This document shows positions 49,010-60,930 of a stretch of DNA of 64,000 nt, in pieces. The number at the start of each line of letters is the position of its first letter. Position 1 is the first letter of the stretch. This DNA comes from Rhopilema esculentum (lineage: Eukaryota). The stretch spans positions 14,431,651 through 14,495,650 of the forward strand of contig NW_027019317.1 of the NCBI RefSeq assembly GCF_013076305.1. Direction: 5' to 3'. A model generated the notes under the pieces. It was not told the origin of the DNA. It saw nothing but the letters and a program-made list of their open reading frames with translations, and did not search any database. The translations under genes and the position numbers were made by a program.

Positions 49010-50198
49010 GTGGACTGGCAAGATACTGCACTTTTAACACGAGTAGCTAAAGCTCTCGACACGGTTGACCACAAAATTTTACTAGACAAACTCAACCACT
49101 ATGGTATAAGAGGAAATCCATTAAACTGGTTCAAATCGCACTTATCAAAAAGAACACAAAAAGTTTGCATAAATGGAACTTTGTCTGAACCCCAAATTAT
49201 AACTCATGGTGTACCCCAAGGAAGTGTACTTGGTCCCCTTCTATTCCTGTTATATATAAACGATTTGCCTTCGTGCTCCAAAATCCTTAAATTCCATTAT
49301 TTCGCTGATGATACAAGCATCTTTCTTTCTAATGATAATCCAAATGATCTTGAATCCATTGTTAACCATGAGTTAAAAAATGTCTCGACATGGCTTTCCA
49401 CCAACAGGTTATCACTTAACGTTGATAAATCTAATTTCCTTACTATCTCAAGTAAGAAAACAATTGATTCTATCCTAGACATCAAAATTGATAATATTCC
49501 CTATAGAAAAAGTCCATATAAAATTTCTTGGTGTTCTTATTGATAATAGATTAAATTGGAAACAACATACACAAAATGTCAACACAAAAATCTCGAAAAG
49601 CATCGGAATACTGGCAAAGATGAGACACTTTGTTTCATTAGATGTACTAAAACAATTGCATCATTCTTTCATTTCTCCTAATCTCAGCTATGCTATCATT
49701 AATTGGGGTAGTGCTTCAAAATCTGCTACGAACGATTTAAGAAAAAGTCTTAAAAAAGCGATTAGAATTATGAACTTTGCAGGCTATAGAGCTAAGTCGA
49801 AGCCCTTGTTTTCTAAACTAGAATTACTAAAATTTGAAGATACTTATAAATTTGAAACTGCAATATTCAGGAACGATGTTAACAACAATAACATCACCTC
49901 GACTTTATGTGACCTGTTTCGAAAATCCAATGTACGGCACAGCTTTAAGACTCGCCAAGCCACTCAGAATCAGTTCTCCCTGCCTCTGGTAACAACTGAA
50001 TGTCGTAAAAAATTTATTACATTCAATGGCATCAAAATATGGAATAAAATACCCTTAGAAATTTGTTCTATGTCAAGTGAAAATAAATTTAGTAAAGTTC
50101 TTTACAAGTGGCTATTGCAACATTATTGAAAATCACGAATCTTCAGTCAAGCACTCAATTATATCGTGAATATTAAGCTTAACCCCTTATCGTTATTA
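49010..50198 (+). mobile_element. LINE RT fragment (RT core to thumb), 5'-truncated
   Basis: The ORFs at 49010-49543 and 49488-50129 read ALDTVDHKILLDKLNHYGIRGNPLNWFKSHLSKRTQKVCING...VPQGSVLGPLLFLLYINDLP...FADDTSIFL...KFLGVLIDNRLNWKQH. This is the same clade as the 12370 copy. Confidence 0.8.
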
Positions 50199-50466
50199 GT
50201 GCTATTGCTAGCTTTTTCGCTCTAAGGAGGTGTTCAGGCCTCATTTGCCAACAAAGTGAGTGAGACAGCCTTAATTTGCTGTCAAATATGAATATTCATC
50301 GAAAAAGCACCCACACATCGCTAAAAATCCTCGATTTTGAGAAAAAACGTTGTTCAAAATTGCATTTTGCAGAAGCTTAGCCTCAGCTTGTTCTTAATTT
50401 GTTCTTAAGTTTTGACCAGTTTTGAGGCATGTGTTCTTATAAAATTGTTCTTACAAAAAAAGAGTG
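50199..50466 (+). mobile_element. 5'-truncated copy of the same MITE family, abutting the 3' end of the LINE fragment at 49010-50198
   Basis: It aligns to positions about 11128-11396 of the full copy (gtgctattgctagctttttc ... gttcttacaaaaaaagagtg). The left 115 bp of the MITE are missing. Confidence 0.6.
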
Positions 50467-51244
50467 AAAGCTTTTCCGTCAAACTCTATTCAGAGCATAA
50501 AACGTAAGAATAAGGGTCCGAAAGAACACGATGGAAAATATATACCCAGTTGTGGATCGAAATGGAAAGACGACCGGGCTCTGCCAATTATCTGGAACAT
50601 GTCACCATATAGAATTTTGCACAATCTTGGTTGTCTAAAAGATGTTGACCGATGGCAGAGTCAATAGTTTTTGCTGTGTTTTTAGACCCACAAGATCGAA
50701 GAGGCTGTTCTTTTTGAGGGGCAGTTTTGTTTTTTATGTTGGAAGGAACATGCTGTTGTATCCTATCCCCCAATCTTTGGGTTGTGCGTACTACGTAGCC
50801 AGAATTTTATTAAGAAAGTAAGCAAATTTTATTAAGAAAGTATCTGTGCTTTATCAAAGTGAATAGTCGAAAATGGCTACCTTTAAAACATGGAATCCTC
50901 TACCTCACATCTACTTTTCAAGGTCGCTTGGCATTTTACATGACGCTGCCAATCTATCTAAAACATGGGTAGTTTTGATTTGTTTGCTCCATTGGTACAA
51001 CTCATAATATCATAAAATATCATAATATCATAAAATATCATAATATTATAAAAGAAGCGCAAAAGAAAGTGCTTCCTAAAATCCTAACCCGTTTTCTAAA
51101 AAACCAACATTGTTCCGTGTGGGAGAGGGGGATGATTGGTTTTGTCAGTGGAAATTGATGTCAGTGTTTCAAGACTTTTGGAAGGCATTGTAGAGCATAC
51201 TGTATCGTATCTAGCTTTGAAACAGATGCTCAGAAGCTTTCTAT

Positions 51245-51440
51245 GTGTTTCTTGATATCTGTATTAAACTGAATCCTGACAAATGTCATCTTTCGATTTT
51301 TGGGGAGAAAAACACTGACGTATCAGTGCAGATTGGTGCAACCACAATAACAGAATCTGATGAAGAAAAACTTTTAGGTGTAACTTTGGATAAGAACCTG
51401 GATTTCAAGAACCACGTAAACGCACGTAAACACACAAACG
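51245..51440 (+). mobile_element. Short LINE RT C-terminal fragment
   Basis: LNPDKCHLSIFGEKNTDVSVQIGATTITESDEEKLLGVTLDKNLDFKNHV matches the RT tail motif (LNxxKTxxxxFxxK...xVKYLGVxIDxxLxFxxHI). Confidence 0.5.
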
Positions 51441-52719
51441 TAAAAAAGAGAGAATTAGAAGCAAACAAGAGAAGGTGCTGCTAAAGTCGGCGGCAGTGCA
51501 AGTCTCACGGGGACTGCAAATAATATGTGTAACAACAAAAACACCGAAAGAACTACTTTAATAAGTAATTTCCTCTAACCTCCTCATTGCATTGACTCTA
51601 TTGTACTAACTCTATTGTATTGATTTTGTATATGTTAGCTCCATTTGTTTTGTAAAGTATTACTGATGAAAACTTCGGTCGAAACGATTAAGCGATAGTG
51701 TTTTTTCTGAGTATCTAAACATATATATTTATATAAATGCGTTCCCCCTCGACCCACTAAATATACTTCTTTGTACACAATTACCCTACTAGTGGAAAAT
51801 CCTTAAAAATACCTCTCCACTTGAAAAACTATCAGCTCTACAGGGCTCAAGTAGAATTATTTCTGTCATCAGCTGACAACAGAATTGACATTAGTGCTTG
51901 ATATCATGATCAAACACAAATTTTTCTTTGTGTTCAATATTTTTTGAAATCGTTGATTTTTGAAGATGTTATCTTGAAGACCTTTAAAGACGATTCTTGT
52001 TGGACTTTTTATGTTCTATTACAGGGGAAACGTACCACGCTTGATTTATTTTTATATACTATCTAATTATGTATCATTACACCCCATGGCTTTACACATG
52101 AGACTTAGCGATTTTGAGTAAAGATAACTAAATGTTTCCGTACAGCCAACCATTTTAAGCCGGTTCGCCATGATCACTTGTTGTGGGATGTACAGAACTT
52201 TGTAGTTTGTTGGCGCGAATAACCATGATTTCCCTTTGTTTGTAGTTAGTTTTATCTATATAGCAAATAGGTCATATTCCAAGTCTTGGTAGCTTTAACA
52301 AAACTATTATCACCGCAAATGATTTTATCATCAGCCTAAAAGATCCAGGAAACTTATACTGCCTGTCCAAAATTCATGAAATTTGTTTCTCTGATCATTG
52401 ACTATGCTCTGATGAAATATTTATAGAGGACGTAATACCAGAAGGACTGGGATTCAATGTGGGAAGAGAAAAGATGAACGAACACGAAAGAAAAGATTAT
52501 CGAGTTTATCGTTAAACAATAATGAGAGATATACAAACTGAATGTTATCAAAATAATGGCAAAAGCTAACAAATATAAGATTAAAAAAATGAAAAAAGTG
52601 ATATTAATTACCATGATACACTTCTAAAGGTATGAAAACGAATTTTACACAACGCCTCATGTCGATTAAAGTTTAATTTCATGTCTTCCATTGCTCTTTT
52701 CCTATCTCCTGCAGCAACA

Positions 52720-52935
52720 TCATTCCATCTTTAGGTAGAGAAACGAGGCTAAGATTACCATCAACGCGCAGAATGATAACTGAATCGAGACTGCGCTACT
52801 TGGGCTTTGTTTGAAAGAGCGGTAGATGGTTCGACCGTTTCTTTGTTGAATAGGACGATAATTGTTGCTAAGGTATTCCGTTTCATTTGCCGGCTTCATG
52901 GTTTTATGGTGAAGCAGCTTTCTGAAATCCGTCAT
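52720..52935 (-). CDS. Alpha-carbonic anhydrase terminal exon with a hydrophobic C-terminal tail (stop at 52720-52722 on minus strand)
   Basis: MTDFRKLLHHKTMKPANETEYLSNNYRPIQQRNGRTIYRSFKQSPSSAVSIQLSFCALMVILASFLYLKME* matches alpha-CA ([39 protein letters not shown]). It then extends into a roughly 20-residue hydrophobic tail, as in membrane-anchored CAs. The acceptor is ttgacAG|ATG. Confidence 0.75.
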   Translation of the reverse strand: MTDFRKLLHHKTMKPANETEYLSNNYRPIQQRNGRTIYRSFKQSPSSAVSIQLSFCALMVILASFLYLKME

Positions 52936-53430
52936 CTGTCAATGCAGAATGCAAAACTTTGATAGTAATTACGAGAAAAGCTTTGAACCCGAAATCGCAA
53001 TCAAACAACAATTAAAAAGTGAAACAAAAGAAATGTAGATCCCTTCCCAGAAATTTTCACAATGAATTCCTTAGTAAGTAACAAGGGACTATAAGTACCA
53101 TCAAGATAAAATAAGTACCAGCCTTACTTTTTCTTGGTACCTTGTGCCAAAGGCAACTAAACTGACATACATTATAAAGAAAAGAAAGGTGTTTCTCAGC
53201 ATGGTTACCAAAGAAGTTCTGTTTCAAAGGATGTCGCATTTTTAGCTATAGGGAAAGCAAAACGACATGTAGAATTTGGCGTAAAAAGAAAGATTTGGGC
53301 ATGGATTCCATTAAGAATTAGATTGAGAATTAGATTGGCGCTTCCTTTGATCATGACACAGAAAACATTACCAAATAAAATCTTCACCCAGAAGAAATTA
53401 ACTGTAGAGACAATAAAATTGTATTTGTAC

Positions 53431-53588
53431 CTGTGCATGGGAGATAGTAATTTCCTTTGTAAAGACAACCCACTGAACCGCTTCACTACAAGGTGGAGTT
53501 GTAAGGGATCCATTGTAATGGTAGAAGGTGTTGTTGGGGACCATGAACGCATCGTTCAAAGGAAATGGCTGTATTTCCACTTTTGTTT
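53431..53588 (-). CDS. Alpha-carbonic anhydrase exon with the SLTTPP active-site loop
   Basis: (K)[52 protein letters not shown] matches alpha-CA ([51 protein letters not shown]). The acceptor is ctttgcAG| and the donor is CAG|GTACAA. Confidence 0.8.
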
Positions 53589-54139
53589 CTGCAAAGTGTT
53601 AAAGAACATGAAGGGAAATAATCATTACCGAAAATGATTTGAGAATTTCCATTTTAGACTTTCTTTAAGGATGAGATTAGAAGATTAAACGACACTTGGA
53701 AGTAGATTTATCTTGCTATGCAAAGGCGAAGTCGAGGAAGTCAATAGAGTGATGACGTCACAAATTTGTTTTCTCTAAAATTGTTGAATATAGATTTGAT
53801 GACAACGCGAAATCAAATATAGGTGTTAAGAATTAGAAGAAATTTATTAAGATATCCTATGTAATGTGGTCAAAATTGAAAAAAATACCGTGCACACTTG
53901 AGAGGTGTTGACAACGAACATAAAACTTTCAAATTACCTTAATCACAAAGACTCATTTACTGAAAAATTATGTACAACTTTGCGATTGTCGATAGTTTAA
54001 AAAGAGCGCTTTGCCGTTCATTTCGCCTTAATTGAAAACATAAACATAAAAAACTTTACCTATTTGTTTTCTGTAACAGCAACTATTTTATGGAATATTC
54101 AAATACAGATATTGATTTTAAATTTTGCACAGAGATTGA

Positions 54140-54425
54140 TGTCAGCCCCGTAACCTCTCTTCTGGTAATACCCCCGTAACCTCTCTTCTGGTAACACCCC
54201 CGTAACCTCTCTTCTGGTAACACCCCCGTAACCTCTCTTCTGGTAATACCCCCGTAACCTCTCTTCTGGTAATACCCCCGTAACCTCTCTTCTGGTAACA
54301 CCCCCGTAACCTCTCTTCTGGCTATACCCGCGTAACCTCTCTTCTGGTAACACCCCCGTAACCTCTCTTCTGGTAACACCCCCGTAACCTCTCTTCTGGT
54401 AATACCCCCGTAACCTCTCTCGAAA
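54140..54425. repeat. 30-bp x about 10 tandem repeat (CCCCCGTAACCTCTCTTCTGGTAAYA) in the carbonic anhydrase intron
   Basis: The copies are near-perfect and seen directly in the sequence. Confidence 0.95.
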
Positions 54426-54561
54426 CCCTTTCAACTTTCGTCAATCAACTCTCCTGAACCTCTACAAAAATCTATCAACTTTTAGGTAATTCTAAAAGAG
54501 TATTTTTCCGTAGCAACCATTTATTACGGTAGCAAAAGATATCAATGAGAGATTAACTTAC

Positions 54562-54634
54562 TTCCCAGGGTGATATTCGACAAGAAAGGAGTCAGCTTGC
54601 TAATAAACGAGTTATTTTTGCCGTTTGGATCGAT
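54562..54634 (-). CDS. Alpha-carbonic anhydrase exon
   Basis: IDPNGKNNSFISKLTPFLSNITLG matches the alpha-CA pattern ([21 protein letters not shown]). The acceptor tttttttttAG| is strong and the donor A|GTAAGT is a perfect consensus. Phase 1 is continued correctly by the next exon. Confidence 0.6.
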
Positions 54635-54844
54635 CTAAAAAAAAACAGTATACGTTGTTATTGGATTGTGATAAAATTCCGAATTTATCTATCCTTTTCT
54701 CAGTTAATAATTTTGTGGGCACGCTAAAATCACAATGGATCTAAGTGATCGCGGGAAGGATTTACTTTTTAATAATTTGGTGCTTAAAAGATTAACAAGG
54801 TAGGATTGTCTGCATTAGATACATTAGATCAAGATAGTACGAAC

Positions 54845-54937
54845 CTCCATAACCGTACCGAATACCATCAAGCCATCGTATTTGGTAAGTGCAACAGACA
54901 CATTGTCGTAGGCTGTATTCACGTGAACAAAATGCAT
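54845..54937 (-). CDS. Alpha-carbonic anhydrase exon carrying the third zinc-ligand histidine
   Basis: MHFVHVNTAYDNVSVALTKYDGLMVFGTVME matches alpha-CA ([33 protein letters not shown]). The acceptor is ttttttgccttcgtAG| and the donor is GAG|GTTCGT, which is weak. Confidence 0.65.
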
Positions 54938-55645
54938 CTACGAAGGCAAAAAATTCTAACTGGAACAAAAACCAGTATTCACCAATTATGTTTGGAATAA
55001 ACCAATTCACATCTTTATTTAACAGTGCTGTCGAAACGAAATTCATATTGGAGTAGAGGGGGGGGTGGGGGTTGGGGGCGCTGTCTATTGTATTTCAGTA
55101 TCGTGTTTATACTTCAGTATGAGAATTATTGGCTCCATCCCCCCCACCCGCTTCCGAAGGCCCTGTTTATATATAGCAGTATATATTGACGACCAGCAAG
55201 TAACACAGACTTGACAAGACTGATTTAGATAAACGGCAATCAAACTGACAGATTTCAGCACGGGGACTATTTTGAATTGGTTTCAACACAAAACATTGCG
55301 TTGAAAAACGATTTGGTTAGGCAAAACCCAATTGATTAGGGAATTTACACCATCAGAAATAGAAAAAAACATTTCTGGAGAAGACATTTGCTGAGTGATT
55401 TGTTATCAAACGACATAGGTAAAGTGCTGGTTGTAGAGTTCGCTGCTTTTTGTTACTTTGCTGTTTTCCAAAATATAATTATTTGATGCTAAGCAGCCAA
55501 GGCCTGAGAAAAATTGTATTTCATGGACTTCACATCAGGCTATTGCATGATCAGAATCAGTTAAATCGAATGAAATAGATATTGATATCCTTTTTTGCAA
55601 TAATATCTCAAAATAAATAAGAAATCAGGAAATGAGAGACATTAC

Positions 55646-55773
55646 CTCACCCGGATGGAGATGCGAATTTTGATATTTCATTGAATGCTCCGAGCCAACA
55701 CTGTCGGTTGCTCCCCAATGAAAATGAATCTGCCATGGCCTGAAAATCTTACCTACGATCAACGCCAAGATGT
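55646..55773 (-). CDS. Alpha-carbonic anhydrase exon carrying two zinc-ligand histidines
   Basis: DILALIVGKIFRPWQIHFHWGATDSVGSEHSMKYQNSHLHPGE matches alpha-CA ([25 protein letters not shown]...), including the HFHWG zinc-His motif. The acceptor is aacaagAG| and the donor is GAG|GTAATG. It joins in phase to the previous exon (G + AC = D). Confidence 0.65.
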
Positions 55774-56039
55774 CTCTTGTTTACAAATAATTAATCTTTC
55801 TACAGAATTGCAGTAGTTGGGAGAAATGGGCGGGTCGAGGAAAGCCCCCCCCCCTAAAGAACCAGTTTTTTTCGGAAAATTTCGTAAGCTTTAGTTATTT
55901 GTCAGAATTAAACAGCAAAATCTACCTTTAGTCCCCTTGATATATACCTCACACTGAAACCCCGATTTCGTTAAAATTGAAATCTGCCGCGAACAGTTAC
56001 AGCTTACAACGGACACATCTTAGAGTATATCAGAACCAG

Positions 56040-56160
56040 TAAATTGAAGTTCAGGTTGGCTGTTCTTAATTTTTCACAAATCTTCGAGGCTGGAATGTTC
56101 TTAACTCGTTCTTATAATATTAGATTTTAAGCAGTTTACTCGCCAGCTATTGTGCTGAAG
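56040..56160 (+). repeat. Internal fragment of the same MITE family
   Basis: gttcaggttggctgttcttaatttttcacaaatcttcgaggctggaatgttcttaa matches about 11040-11130 of the full copy. Confidence 0.4.
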
Positions 56161-56445
56161 GGGCATGTTTAAAAAAAAAATGAGCCATGATTTTTTGCCA
56201 ACAGGTTTGAAGATTGACAAAAAAGCACTCATAGAAAGCAAAAATGCCTTGTTTTTGACATTACCGTCTGTAAAAAAAATATAAAATATATATATAGAAA
56301 ATGTAAATAGACTCGTTCTCCTTAAAAAGACAGGGCACTTCTTCACCTGTAGACTGAGAAGTGTGCCCTAAAAACTCTAATTATGTTGCGCGATTTAGTT
56401 TCAAACAGGCATGCTCTTAGAGAAAGGTTAAACTGCACAACATAC

Positions 56446-56661
56446 CGAAAGCGCGAACGGACATCCCATTCCAATTTTTCAAAGACATCTGTAAAGTATG
56501 TCCATTATTTTCTAGTTGGAAGTTGGAGGATGAAGTTAGGCCATAGCCAGTGAATTGGAAAGGGCTGAAACTCTTGTAATTTGCTTCGGACTCTAGCAGA
56601 TGGATCGGTGACTGGCGCCTCTTGTTGCAGGTTGGATAGCTTTTATACCAGTTTGCTGGGC
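56446..56661 (-). CDS. Alpha-carbonic anhydrase exon (first recognisable catalytic-domain exon; the upstream signal-peptide/WGY exon was not located)
   Basis: (G)PANWYKSYPTCNKRRQSPIHLLESEANYKSFSPFQFTGYGL...FQLENNGHTLQMSLKNWNGMSVRAF matches alpha-CA ([22 protein letters not shown]...YDPSLKPLSVSY...NNGHAFNVEF). The acceptor is tcttgtttcgcctAG| in phase 1 and the donor is G|GTATGT. Confidence 0.7.
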
Positions 56662-59600
56662 CTAGGCGAAACAAGATTACCACGAGAAAATTATCGAATG
56701 TTGACTAAACCCAACAGTGAAGGACTTGGATTTTCAATATCAAAACGAAAATTTCTTGTTAATGATAAAAACGTGAAAAGGTAAAATGATGGCCTTTGAT
56801 CGCCCTTCTAAGCTGGCTTTAATTTCGGGGCTTAAAACATGGCTTTTAAAAGAGCAAACAAACCCAGACAGATGTTTGCTGAAAACAAAAAGATGAAAAC
56901 AATGGAAGTCTTGTTATTTGCTGTATCAACCAATCAGTGGATGCCAATTCAAAGAAAAGAGTCTTCGTACCTTCACTTCCACTGTAGCCCCAAGATGTTG
57001 CTGAAAAAAAGATACGATAGATCATATATAGAATTAAAAAGCAAAAAACTGCCTCAACATGAAATGTTTTATAAGCCTAGTCACGGACAGACAAAGCAGG
57101 TTACGCAAATCACAACCTTGTTGTTCTGGTTATACAGCAGAAGTATTATATAGCGTTTTTTTTTAAAATCTAGAAAACTGTGTAGATACTTGGAATATTG
57201 CGAACCTAGTCCTCTTTAAGGCAGTGAAAATGTTTGTTAGTGGTCAGCAAGTGATGTAAATGCCTTTATCATTACAAGGCCTTCCTGGGAATAAATTAGC
57301 ACAAGTGTGGCATTTTGCAATCCTAGACTGGGGTAGGAGTGTAATGGAGTGTTTTTGATGTTTTACCCGATTAGACAGGAAATTTTCATAACAATCTAGC
57401 AAACTAGGTAACCGAAGTTTTCAAAGTTTAAATCATTAGAGTAAAAGCCACTGATCATTTTAAGCCCTGGGAACATTCTGGCAAATGACCGGAAGTTGCG
57501 TTTCCGGAAGCATGAAAAATGCACTGTCAGCAAAATTTAGACTTTCGAATTTTTTTCAAATCTGATGACACTATCGGGAAGAACATGCAAAACAGAGCAA
57601 AAGTTTCCTGATAGTGCAGTGTTTGGTACAAGCAGTGCCTCGGAAAGGATTTACGGGCCCCTGGTCAGGACGAAAAAAATAAATAGTAAGCATTCCTTTG
57701 GCAGACGCTTCTAAGGGGTGGGGGGAATGCTCCTCAGGAGTTTTTGAAAAGATGGTCGCTAAAATTGCTATGGTATCGTAACTGCTCTAGTGGCAGCGGC
57801 GTAGATAGAGGGAGGTCGGAGGGGGCAAACCCCCCTGTAGAGCTTAACTGCTATTTTGTTGGAAAACTTCTGGTCTTCTCAGAAATTTAACACGATTGTC
57901 TATGTTTATCTAACTGTTATGCTTTGAAAGGAATTAATTTAAAGCTAAAGAAACGCAAGAGCATCTGAATGTATCAAAAGATTTATTTATTTCAGTTCCG
58001 ATGTCGTAATGTTATGTTAACACTAGTTTTGCATCTCATTTCATACAGCACGTCAAAAATTTCCTTTACTTCGTCTTTGACATTGAAATTGCCATAAAGA
58101 ATAAATTCTATCTCTTATCAGAAGTTGAAAGGATGTGCTCTGCCTGGCGAGCCTCGATGCAGAGAGGAGATGGGGAAGAACTTTACAGCCCTCAATTTAA
58201 CACTGTTTCCACTGGGAAGGAATTATCCTTTCCTTCCGGAATTGTGATCGATTGGAAGAAAAAAGGGCAGAAATTACAAATTAGAAAGAAAAATAGAGAT
58301 TCTCTAAGAAATTGGGATAACATTTCTGATTTATAGATTAGAAAATGAAGTTGTCAGACAGTAAGCAGGCCAATCACAATGGAAATGTTTCAAGGTTTTT
58401 GCAAACTGTGGCTAGTAAACTGGCTTGGCAAATTCAATGTTATTACTGTACAAAAAGCTGTTTTTACAATTTCTAATTTGGATTACATAATCTGTTCATA
58501 TGTAATGGCTACGTTATGGCAATTTAATCACAGGCTCTGTTCCGTCAAATCACACTAATTTTGTGTCTGTTCTAAATTTGATGAACCATGGCAGGATAGC
58601 AGCAATATATCATTTATTTGTCGTTGCTCGCAAAATTTGCAACAATTTAAATGATATTCCATATTTAGAAGTAATTCGTGGTGTTCTATTCAGTAATGTG
58701 TTACAAAATTAAAATAATGGCGTCACACCTAATAACTCTATTGTCACTACCCCCCGATTCTAAATGCATCGGAATTTTCGAAAAGTTTCGCAGCTCATTT
58801 TTCGAGGAAGGAAATTTTCGAAACCAAACAAGGAAAAGTTTGGAACTAGACAAAAGAATATAAGTTAATGAAGCGCGTGTGTTCAAGGTAACGCCAGTAA
58901 CGATTTCTCGAGAAAGAAAGGCAAAATAACGAGTGAAAGCAATTAATCCATATAAATCTAGTAACAGGGAAATCGGAAGAATTTTCGTCAATTTTGGAAG
59001 GAATTTTAAGCAAATAGAAGGATGTTTTTGGGGAAACTGATTGAGTAAAAAGTGGAAACACAGCAGATTAAACATAGTAAATAACTCGATTCAAAAGCAT
59101 TATGTCATCCTTTTAGTTTCCTGTGTTTTGATAAAAAGCAAATTATTAATTATAAAACAGGCGTGCTGCGGAGTGGGATCGCAAATAAGAAAACGAAACA
59201 AACACTACCTAGGATTGATGAAAATTGAAGAGACGACAAGTTTCAAATAACAGCTTTTGGCTTTCAAAATAAACAATACAGTCTGCAAATTCTTCTATTA
59301 TCATAAACTGTTCATGAATCATAAACTTTGATTTCTTTTCTGTGGCATAACTGCGCAAAGTTAATCCTTAAATCGAGGATCAAAGGGGGTTTTTTGCAGC
59401 ATAAAGGCATGTCTCTAATGTGCCGCATGCCGTGTAAAATTTGCTCAACACAATCTCAAATTGTCTTTTTTGTGAAGAAACAGCTGCTTTTATGAGTAAT
59501 TAAAATACACTTTGTTGCATCCTTGAGCCACCCATTGGGTTTCAATGGATCCAACCTAGTTTTCACCCGGGAAGTAACTCTACTTTTCGTATTTCGTATC

Positions 59601-60263
59601 CAAAACAAGAGGTCCATAATAAAGAACTTAGTTGGGAGACTGAAGGGACACATTCAAGTGGGGGAATTAGGGGGCATTTTCGACAGAAAAGGGGCGTGGT
59701 CTAATTTTTTTTAATCTCTAGAGCATGGCACCGCAAATGCAAGTTACCTCCCTCGTATAGGGCCGCTGCGAGGAGGAGGCTAGAGGGCAATTTCCCCAAT
59801 GGCCTTATAAAGTAATGAATTCCGTAATAAAAACACATTCAATCGGCGAATGGAAAAATAAGAAAGGGAGGAATTCGAGGATCTATGGTTTCATAAAGTA
59901 TAAAGTTGTCTTGATCTAGTTGGGTGCCCTTACAACATGCTTCAGTGTTGCATCTTGCGAGGGGCAAATCAGTCCATGGAAATCGAGTGGCAGTTCTCGT
60001 ACACCCTTTGTGAAAATGCTATTGTTTTATTAGAAAACCCATATAAATCCTTTTGTCTTTGTAATAATCTCTCACGCTATTTGGGAAAGTGAATTGCCCC
60101 TCGGCATTTGGACGCTAAATCAGATTGGACGCATGTAAATGCATTAAAATATAACCATTAACCGCAAATTGTTTTGGTCACGCTATGTTTTGGTTGCATT
60201 TGACCAGACACAAAGCAGCCAACAATTGAAAATGTATTCTTTATTCTGCCTTTGTCATTGCTA

Positions 60264-60930
60264 TCGGAGCGGAGTAACTTTCATATCAGATAGGGGTTTG
60301 AGTTACACTACGCCACACCAATCCGATACACAACGCTCTGATTAGCGGAGTGAAAATCACTTCGCTCTGGAGGTGATACGAAAATCACTCCGTAGCGGAG
60401 CGTTGTAGTGTAATCGCACGAATCCGATATGCTCAACTTTGAAATAAACCAGTTTCTTATTGTTTTCTGCTTGAAGCAATTCGATCGATAGTGAACAATG
60501 GCGCTTTCTGAGATTTTGTTGCTGTTGGATAATGCCAAATCGAAATCGTCAAAACATTTTCGTATTTGGATTTCATCTCTTCAAGAATTTTAATGAAGTG
60601 CCCCTTGGACGAAAAAAAATACTTAAACATATCAGATAACATCTCGCTATCCTTCCTACGAACCCCATTATTTATCTCTCAGTCATTTTATGCATAGCTA
60701 TTGAAAAAGGCTGTTTTCGTCATTTTATGCATAGCTATTGAAAAAGAATTCGCAACAGCACAAAGATCCGAAAATATCGTCAAAAAATTTAATCTGGTGG
60801 ATTTGGTGTACCAGAAATGCAAAGGAATAAAGGCTTATGAGCGAGCGGAGCGTCGTAGTGTAACTGCTAACCTAAATATCACTCCGGAGTAAAAGTTACT
60901 CCGCTCTGCTCCGCTCCGATAGCAATCCGG
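60264..60930. mobile_element. Foldback/MITE-like element with about 30-bp TIRs and internal sub-repeats
   Basis: The left end ATTGCTATCGGAGCGGAGTAACTTT (60264) faces the right end AAGTTACTCCGCTCTGCTCCGCTCCGATAGCAAT (ending about 60928). Internal inverted copies gttacactacgcc...acaacgctc pair with gagcgttgtagtgtaa, and a 28-bp tandem duplication is present at 60692-60750. Confidence 0.5.

Noticed and set aside
54083-54434. ORFs with a repeated RGYGGVTRREVTGVLPEERLRGYYQK motif
   Set aside because: These are translations of the 30-bp x10 tandem repeat in the CA intron.
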